In this document: positions 12,749-20,000 of the stretch, piece by piece
Numbering within the stretch: position 1 is the stretch's first letter
How the letters are laid out: each line of letters begins with the position of its first letter
Source of the DNA: Gonapodya sp. JEL0774
Taxonomy: Eukaryota
Direction: 5' to 3'
Assembly (NCBI GenBank): GCA_027604505.1
Contig: JADIIX010000063.1
Location: 111,508-131,507, forward strand
DNA length: 20,000 bases
Notes under the pieces: model-generated
Told to the model about the DNA's origin: nothing
Database searches by the model: none
The model's input: the letters and a program-made list of their open reading frames with translations, nothing else
Program-made: the position numbers and the translations under genes

Positions 12749-13329
12749 TCAAAGTTTGGACCAGACGCAGATAGTAACACCAAAAACAATCAGAGACATA
12801 CCGAAAAGGGAACCTGTTTGGACGAAATGGGTCCTTAAAAGTCGGGTGGATTGAATGGAAGCGGGCGCACAACGATGACCAGCACTTACCACCTGATATT
12901 CGCTCACCCAACACAAACCAGCCAGACAGACACGTGAAAACAAATGCGAGTGCGTTCACCACCGGTACAGCAATGGAGAGCCCGGTATCAGACAGGAGGT
13001 AGTAGTACAGAATTGAGCCTGAAAGATTCGCAGCAAGCGCGAGCAGATACTACAAGGACCAGTTGCGTACCATCAGTTTAAGGCAAGGACATGCAAGTAA
13101 TGGTCTGAAAAGCGATTGTCTCCACCTTCCATCGAGTTCCGAGAAACGCTAACTCATTCGCCAGACGTTTCACCCGTCCAATTTCGCCTAATGATGGTCG
13201 TGAGTCCTCCAGGCCTTTTGAGCTGCTACGAAGGAGCGGATTCGTGGCGCCCCATAGGAAGGAAACTGCGAGCAATCGAGGAATCGAGGCTGCCTCGAAG
13301 TGGGAAAGTTTTCCTTCTGCCGTTATCAT
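12749..13329 (-). CDS. TMEM234: TMEM234-family (EamA/DMT-like) small membrane protein, about 142 aa
   Basis: Exons 13329-13126, 13049-12890, 12813-12749 total 429 nt in frame. Motifs: LLAVSFLWGATNPLLR, WKYLLALAANLSGSILYYYLL, LSIAVPVVNALAFVFT, GE, GMSLIVFGVTIC. Confidence 0.88.
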
Positions 13330-13614
13330 TTTACAATCGACGCGAACGCACAGAGCGTATTAGTGGAAGGCATCGGTGGAATAAGTGAAAGTGAAATATG
13401 GTTCCAATGGGGAACAAATGAGTTTTTGAAGGGCTTGCGCCCACAACTCTGGTTTGAACAGACGTTTCGTTTTGGAGGACCGTAGGAACAACCTGCACGA
13501 AGTCCGTGCCTCCAACCACTTTGGGCCATGAACAGAGGAACTAATAATAGCATGTAACTTGTGATCTTGTTCAAAAACTGTTCTGAAAATATGCCGCGTT
13601 TGTTCAAAATATTC

Positions 13615-15684
13615 TCAGCCGCGATATGTTCTCAGCTTTCGCGATACTGTCTGTCGACAGATCTTCGCAGTGCATATTTTATTAAAAGGTTACGGAATGT
13701 GATGTCATTATATCAAACAAAGTGGGCACTCACTGGACAACGAGTCAGTTCCTGCCCACAATTCTCACAAAGACAATAGTGCCCACAATTCAAAAGAATG
13801 ATAGACGGTTTCTGGTACATTTCGTGTAGCATGAAGGAATGGATGTTCAATTTATGTGTGAGGAAAAGAATAGATGTTAGATGTTAATTGGTGTATGAGG
13901 GAAGAATATCAAAGTTGAACTTGCCTCCACAAAACAAACTACACAGCTCACACTCTCCTCCACTCCATCCGGATCATCCGATTCCAAAGTTCCATCACCG
14001 GCCTGAGTGCTACCGCCAGTAGCAGTGGTACCACCGACTGTTCGTCTTTGGAAAGATATTGTCCGTGGCCCCCCAGAACCATTTACGCTCACTATTCTCC
14101 CCAGCATCACACCAGACAAAAGCACTGCCGCAAGAGCTAGTAGTTGCGAAGCCCACTTCCAGGATGCAAAGGATTGTCGTAGGGCTTTGATGTAGTCAGG
14201 TAGGGTGGAAAGCACAAGGATGTGAGGGTAGGTCGAGGGCGGTGATGGTGGTGCAATTGCCCCGGCAGTTTTAGCTCTTGTTGGAAGCAATGTTGTGGAA
14301 AGATTCGAGGGCGGGTTAGCAAGAAGGAGCGGAGGGAACTTGATGGTGGTGTGCTTTGTAATTCCAGGAGTAGGTGTGGAGGCTGAGCTTGAGCTCAGCA
14401 CGGCAGGACGCATCGGCGACTTTGCAGAAACGGACGACAATGGCGTCGATACATCTGGCGGACCCGGTTTTAATACCTCAACTAGAGGTAGGGCTGTCTC
14501 CATAGCCCCAAGTCGTGCAGAACTGCCATAGAAGTCCAAATACCCCATAGCTGTCACCTTTTCACCAACCCTGAGCGCTCGCTCTACCGTCTCGAGTCCA
14601 CTCGAAACGCGGCCTGCAGCAAGCCCTGTTCCTATCGTGGCAGATAACGCAGAGAGTGCAGGTGCGGCGACAGCCCCACCTGTCACCGCTGACGCTGCCC
14701 CGGCCGCAAGCTCTCCAATTAAGGGCTGAGCCAGCTGGGAGGACGAAAGGGCAATCGCATGAAAGTCCTTCGAGACAGAAGGAAGATCCAAAGTTTTGGG
14801 AAGAGGATTGGTGGCAGAGTACCCTGGTACGGAGACAATCGGCAACGACGGCGGCGTTAAGGGAGATGGATGAATCGACAAAGGTATAGGGGTTTGATAT
14901 TGCGAGCTTAGATCCGCAAGTTTTGAGGAGGCAGTGGATGGCAGCGGGGACTTGGACGGGGTACTTTGTCTCTGATTGTTTGTGGAAGGCACTGAACTAT
15001 CACCCGTGATCGAATCGATTGCCACAGAAATGTGGAATGGAATAGAACGGAGGAAGCGACTGACTTGTTCGGAGCCAGATACTTCGAAGGGGACGAGCAT
15101 CGCATTCGGGTGCCCAAGAGAAGTCGATGAAGAAGAGTGCTCCATGGTGAGAGAGGTTACTCAGCGTAAAGCACAATTGCACTCACTCACCCCACTCCCT
15201 CCTCTCGGGTACATATGTTGTCCAATGTCTGTTGATCACCTTCTCATATATTACTGCCTGAACAAACCTCGCCAGGCCTGTGAGCTCTAAAACAGAGGTC
15301 GGCGTAGAAGGTGTAACAATGCCTAGATGTGTTTCACACCAAGAAGGGTGCTCATGATATACTCAAAGCATTTCGGTAACTTGCAAACCCTACGACAAGC
15401 ATCTTCAGTTCACCTTCGATAGCCACATACTTCCCGTGGAATTTTCTTGCCAGCTCCCTGATTGCCACCGGATCTATAGTTTTTGCAACTGCATCCCCAG
15501 CTGCTCCAGTGATGAGCAGGCGGGCCAACAGCTTCGGCGGTGGGTATACGATTGCCGAATGAGCTGCCGCGAGCTGCATCCGCGCTCGACGTTGTACCCA
15601 ATAGGAGCTCAAGGCACCAATTATTGCAGCGATAAGGAGAAACTTGAGGTTCTGATCCGTGTGATCGGCGCCGCTCAGTGGCAT
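13615..15684 (-). CDS. MUL1: MUL1/MAPL/SP1-like E3 ubiquitin ligase (TM - GIDE - TM - C3HC4 RING), about 587 aa
   Basis: Model: exons 15684-15414, 15322-15191, 15159-13925, 13811-13734, 13662-13615. It has an N-terminal TM (FLLIAAIIGALSSYWV), GIDE-like motifs (YVAIEGIV, LVPF, ETVERALRVGEKVTAMG) and a second TM (WASQLLALAAVLLSGVML). The RING reads CVVCFVE|KPSIILLNCGHYCLCENCGQELTRCP|ICR. The model requires one GC-AG intron and one very short intron (see findings). Confidence 0.8.
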
Positions 15685-15809
15685 TGGAACTCCTGTTAGT
15701 TGCAGGGTGATACGACATGACACAGAATCGGCTACAGTAGTTATTTAGACAGCACCTTTCGCTGCGACTCCTAATACAATACATTTCTCGAAAGCGTTAA
15801 CAATACTCT

Positions 15810-16693
15810 CTAGAAGTCCAAATCCGGCTTCGCCTTCTCCTTTGCAATTGCGCGGTCCTGTGGAGCAAACACAATTCGGTCACATTTCTCTCGAAACGTC
15901 CCAAGAAAAAAACCTACCCTTTTCCACGTGGCAATCATCTCAGGCATTTTTTGGAGGAGTTCCTGCTGGCGTTTTTGTCTTGAAAGGAGAAGTTGTGAGC
16001 AACAAGAATAAAATGCACGATGTCCACCAACACCCGAATTTGCCGTATCCAAATCAGCATTCATTTCCGTTTCGTACGTTGATACAGGAGAGAGCAACAG
16101 GGAATGGCAGGCGCTGTTCCCAGAAGTACGTACCTCTCGTACTTCTTCATCTCATTTTTTCCTTCTGGCAACTTCGCAAACACCTTCACCTCCCGCACCT
16201 CCTTTTCCGGCAGTCCCACATCTTTTACAGGATCCAGCCCACACAACAATGCGACCTTCCTGATCCGCGCCTGGTTCCTCAACGAGACGCGAGGTTTCCA
16301 CCACACGCCATTGACTAGTGTTGGCTTAAAATCGGAAGCAGGGTGACGGTACGAAGCTTGTTGGAAGACCCAGTCTGTAGGGAAGCGACGCGGGAGTTTG
16401 ATGCCACGAAGTTGAGGCGCAGAACGGGAGGTGTCCCTCAACCTCGAAGGATAGCCACCGGGCTTCGCGGAAGACGATGAGGATGATTTCCCTTCAGTCG
16501 CGGTGGGTTTGAATTTCACACGGGAGGATCGACCGGTCGACAGCGCGGCAATGTGCAATCGATGGGGAAGTAGTGATGTTCCAGAAAGGGGGATCATGGC
16601 GCATGATACGGAAAGGGACGGGAGCGATGGCGAGGGTGCACGTGAATGAGACGCGGTGTGGAGATGGAGCAAGCAGCTTCGAAGGATTGTCAT
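15810..16693 (-). CDS. MRPL25: Mitochondrial large-subunit ribosomal protein mL59 (yeast Mrpl25-like), about 222 aa
   Basis: Exons 16693-16134, 15978-15918, 15857-15810 total 669 nt. Motifs: FKPTLVNGVWWKPRVSLRNQARIRKVA, GLP, KLPEGKNE, KMPEMIATWK and C-terminal KAKPDLDF. The N-terminus is Ser/Arg/Leu-rich and presequence-like. The start could instead be the downstream ATG (MIPL). Confidence 0.8.
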
Positions 16694-16845
16694 TGTTGTA
16701 CAATAATTGTCGGATTGCAGTGCATTGAGAGTTAGACAATCAATCAAACCTACAAAAGCAAATTCGGACCTTGCCCAAAATCAAAAGTATATCACAGCTC
16801 AGTAGCATCAATAGTCATAGGCGCTACCACTCTTCCGACTCCAAT

Positions 16846-16955
16846 ATCTAATCTCTTGAGTCTCAGGCATCTCCTATACAGTTGCGGACTGCTTTGACTC
16901 TCACCCTTCAAGGGTTAGTAGGTTTAGAGGTACCATCATAAAAGTAGAGATTGAT
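16846..16955 (-). promoter_or_regulatory. Candidate eukaryotic SECIS element in the 3' UTR of the SelU/PRXL2A-like gene
   Basis: On the minus strand, helix I is ATC-AATCTCT (16955-16946) paired with AGAGATT-A-GAT (16856-16846). The core is A-UGAU (16939-16935) opposite UGAG (16865-16862). Helix II is GGUACCUCU / GGAGAUGCC (8 of 9 paired, including G-U), followed by unpaired AAA at 16925-16923. The element starts about 59 nt after the TAG stop. Confidence 0.75.
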
Positions 16956-17013
16956 GTCAGAAGAACACAGCGCTCAGACACAGTTATAGCCGGGACATGG
17001 ACAGGCGTGGTTG

Positions 17014-18124
17014 CTACCCTGGGACCGTGCCCACTTCGGCAGCGGCTTCTGCGACAGCAGTGAGAACGGCAGAGATGGGGGCATGATCGCCAAAGGTCTG
17101 TAGATATGACGTGAATGGGGGATATGTTAGTTGAGTGGATTGTTTGATTCGGGGGTAACTTACCTTCTCCCCGTAAAAGCTTTGGGACGTGACAAGAAAG
17201 TGGAGTTGAACAAGACCATCGACATCGCCGGATCAAACATCCAGTAATTAAGTTACAAGGGGCTGACAGTCACTCCACAAACTAAAACTTACTAATGAAC
17301 GCCCTTTGTTGAGATCACAGCCAGCCCGCCGAGCAACCTGCCTTCACCCGCCAAATTACCAGTCACGCCCTTCGCGTTCGCCCGATTGAGGTTCGCCCGA
17401 GCATCGCTGCTGAAGAGGCTGAAGATCGAAGCCCAATTTTGTTTGCCCCCTTGTACGACCTCGTAAAACTTCTTCTCTTCATCGAGCTGAAGGGTGAGGT
17501 GGAAATTTCGTGTGAGGACTGAGTCTGGACGTCGGCGGTATACACGACTGACTATGCTTGGGGAGCAGATCTTACGTAAAGTGGTTTCTTCCAGTAGTTT
17601 TCTGCGAAATCACGCGCCCCGAATTCCTAATTGATAGGTGAGATTCGTACGGGGTGAACCAAATAGGATTATTGAGCCCGGTACGGACGATGAACTCACT
17701 TGATGCACAACCGCGTACATATCAGCATACTTTTCTATAACGGATGACTGGGAGGCCAAATCAAGGGCCTCTACATAAGAGCAGCAACGTGAGATTGAAT
17801 AAACCAGGAACCATCCACCACTACGATTAGTGCCACCATTACACTGCAGGTACCCACCCTCTCTGCACAACAGTCATCCAGGTCTCCGCACCACGACGAT
17901 AAGAGCAGGCCGTTTAGACCAGAGCGTAGCGGCGTCCAGAGTAGGCTTCCCGGCTGCCAGAATGTCCTGATCGAGGATGAACAGAAGAGGTGAGGAGTGT
18001 GATTTGAAGTCGGCAACACATACCGAACTACGTAGGATGATGGGGCCACAAAAACACCAGTTCACTGTTGCTGGTAAGACAAACGCACCCTGAGGACAAT
18101 CTGTGGAACAGTCGTGGTCGCCAT
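17014..18124 (-). CDS. SELENOU: Peroxiredoxin-like 2A / selenoprotein U family (AhpC-TSA_2, thioredoxin-like fold) selenoprotein with a UxxC motif, 186 aa, Sec43
   Basis: Exons 18124-18089, 17966-17858, 17770-17700, 17626-17576, 17486-17293, 17179-17164, 17097-17014 total 561 nt, all GT-AG. Translation: MATTTVPQIVLRDILAAGKPTLDAATLWSKRPALIVVVRRPG[TGA]LLCREEALDLASQSSVIEKYADMYAVVHQEFGARDFAENYWKKPLYLDEEKKFYEVVQGGKQNWASIFSLFSSDARANLNRANAKGVTGNLAGEGRLLGGLAVISTKGVHYFYGEKTFGDHAPISAVLTAVAEAAAEVGTVPG*. It matches the PRXL2A/FAM213A motifs RRPGCxxCREEA, AVV, LDE.KKFY, GNL.GEG..LGG..VI and EK.FGD. Confidence 0.9.
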
Positions 18125-18273
18125 TTCGAATAATTTGCAACAATCGTCGTGTTTGGCGGAGAGCTGGGAGGCACCCAACACAAAGAATGTCAACATCCAA
18201 ATTGCGATTCAAAACAACATCCCGAAACGAAGACCATCAAGACTTGTTGATCAAATCAAGATACATCATTGAA

Positions 18274-19698
18274 ATGCCCTCGGCGGTGCCCAGATCCGTC
18301 GCTTTCCTAGGTCCTCTGGGGACATATACTCACCAGGTGCTTGACAGTCCTATTTGAAAGGCGATTCTGCCCAGCATACCAGCAGTTCTACCACTGAACT
18401 GATGTTTTTCAAGGTAGCGAAAGGAAACTTTGGAGAGGAAGCTTCTTATGTTGCCCAGAAGACAATATCAGGTACTCGTCTCGACCTTGCGTTCCGAGTC
18501 TCGCCCATCATTCATTCCGGATTCCACCATCTTCGACCGTAAACGGGTATCTTTCTAATAAGATATTTATGGTGCCGTTGAAAGACGCGAGACAGATTTC
18601 GGGGTTGTACCTTTCGAGAACTCCACTCAAGGTTCTGTCAACCAGAGCTTGGACCGTCTCCCCTCCGCCAACGTTGAAATAGTAGCAGAAGCCTACTTAC
18701 CAGTGCGTAGAATCCTGTCTCGTGCGTTCGGGCGTCATGAGTGTAACTGGGAAGGCCGGAAGTCGGATTTCGTTATTGAGATAACACTCCACTCCCCACA
18801 CCTGGTGCGGCTTTGATGTGGTTCATATGTTTAAGTTGCTTTCTCAGATGACGTTTTCTCGGCTATGGAATGTTTTAGACAGTCATCCTTGACTGTTCAG
18901 TTGCTGCACAGTTTGTCTCGGAGAGGACGTGGAGGCTCAGTGATTCAATGCAACCTGGCCCCTCTTTCCGCATCATTCCCCTATTTTCCTTCAGGTTCAC
19001 CACTGTCTCCTTTCTAAACCCTCCACCAAACCCCGCCGTGTCTTCTCCCACCCGGAAGCCTTTGCCCAATGCTCAAAGTGGCTAGAACGGAATTTACCAG
19101 GTGTTGACCGGGTACCAGTATCCTCGACAGCGCATGCTGCAGAGCTTGCAGGCAGAGAAGTGGACTCGGCCGCTATCGCGTCGGCGATGTGCGCCACGCT
19201 GTACCATTTGGAGTTGGTACACGAGAATATCGAGGACTTAAGCAGTGAGAAATTTTCTTTGAGTGCCAACGCGAGTGTACCGATCGAGTGGAAGTACCTG
19301 GTCTAATACACCTTTTGGAATCTCATTACATCTCACAAATGTTCTGTCAAGACAACACCACGCGCTTCTTCATCATCACTGCGTACCCGTCCCACGCTCA
19401 CACCACATTCTCTCCTTCCTCTGTGGTCACGTCACCACTCAAAACCGTCATTCTGCTTTCCGTGCCTCCCACGCCAAATGCCCTAACAACAATCCTGCTC
19501 GCGCTCACGAAACACCAAGTGTCCATATCTATGATGTACTCTCGGCCTACTGGTGTGCGACAATGGAGCTATTGGTACTATCTGGACGTGGATGGTGATC
19601 CGAGCCAGGATGGACAGTTGAAAGATGCAGTTGAAGAAATGAGATCAGCGTGTGAAACTTTGAGGGTCGTAGGAACATACAGGAGTGTACGAGAATAG
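18274..19698 (+). CDS. PHA2: Prephenate dehydratase with a C-terminal ACT domain, about 285 aa
   Basis: Exons 18274-18336, 18414-18471, 18563-18702, 18995-19244, 19352-19698 total 858 nt. Motifs: VAFLGPLGTYTHQ, GVVPFENSTQGSV, VHHCLL, SHPEAFAQCSKWL, SSTAHAA, AAIAS, NIED..NTTRF, SRP..W.YWYYLD and LRVVGTY. Confidence 0.95.
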
Positions 19699-20000
19699 AT
19701 GAACAACTTACCATAGTGCCGGCGTGAATGCATGGTGTACTCAAGACATTAAATAATACGACTGTGGGATGGGGATCAATCTCTCAGTTTTATATAGTTT
19801 TTGGGTTCTTCAATGCTTCTATATTGAAATATTGAGTGTTCAAAATTCGAGCTTGAAACGAGCAGAATTGCAGTCAGCGGATTCATGTTTGTGTCCAATG
19901 TTTTTGGTCAAGACACAGTTACTGTTTTGTGGGGGCGAAAACCTGTATAGGTTTTTGCCCGGCTCATGTGCCGCTGCGGTTCGAGGCCCCTGCACGCATC

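Noticed and set aside
12584..12838. Plus-strand 84-aa ORF with a hydrophobic stretch (MHIVVLFLIAIAAILVQLMVAFL)
   Set aside because: It overlaps the last TMEM234 exon, its 3' UTR and the CFT1 promoter on the opposite strand. The hydrophobicity is explained by T-rich sequence and there is no further support.
4785..16693. Apparent cluster of mitochondrial genes (MRPS16, MUL1-like, mL59)
   Set aside because: They are interspersed with unrelated housekeeping genes (CFT1, TMEM234), which is compatible with chance in a compact genome.
17874..17876. Reading the in-frame TGA as a pseudogene lesion or as a genome-wide UGA=Trp/Cys reassignment
   Set aside because: It is the only lesion, sits precisely at the catalytic Cys position and is accompanied by a SECIS-like 3' element. 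Neighbouring genes use TGA as stop and TGG for Trp.
17874..18212. ORF-track 112-aa ORF (MNRNLD...RRPG) as a stand-alone gene
   Set aside because: It begins at a non-ATG codon and runs through UTR and intron sequence. Only its last 30 codons are real, belonging to exon 2 of the selenoprotein.
1..20000. Prokaryote-type systems (CRISPR arrays, operons, IS elements), transposons, tRNA/rRNA genes
   Set aside because: The window is intron-containing eukaryotic DNA. I saw no regularly spaced repeats, transposase/RT motifs, terminal repeats or convincing tRNA cloverleaf (including tRNA-Sec) by eye.

Overview
This is gene-dense, intron-rich eukaryotic DNA with short GT-AG introns. It is most likely from an early-diverging fungus; this is inferred from the fungal-type mL59, IDO and PHA2 genes plus retained MUL1 and selenocysteine use. 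Nine protein-coding genes could be reconstructed by hand: indoleamine 2,3-dioxygenase (3' end outside the window), an IPNS-like 2OG-Fe(II) oxygenase, mitochondrial ribosomal S16, CPSF160/CFT1, a TMEM234-family membrane protein, a MUL1/GIDE-RING E3 ligase, mitochondrial ribosomal mL59, a peroxiredoxin-like PRXL2A/SelU-family protein and prephenate dehydratase. The main result is the 7-exon PRXL2A/SelU gene (18124..17014, minus strand), which the ORF track breaks up. It has an in-frame TGA exactly at the first Cys of the family's RRPG-CxxC motif (RRPG-U-LL-C), and its 3' UTR carries a SECIS-like stem-loop (16955..16846) with an unusually large apical region. It is therefore very probably a fungal selenoprotein. 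The MUL1-like gene appears to need a GC-AG intron and a 31-nt GT..GAG intron. All exon models are manual and unverified by transcripts.
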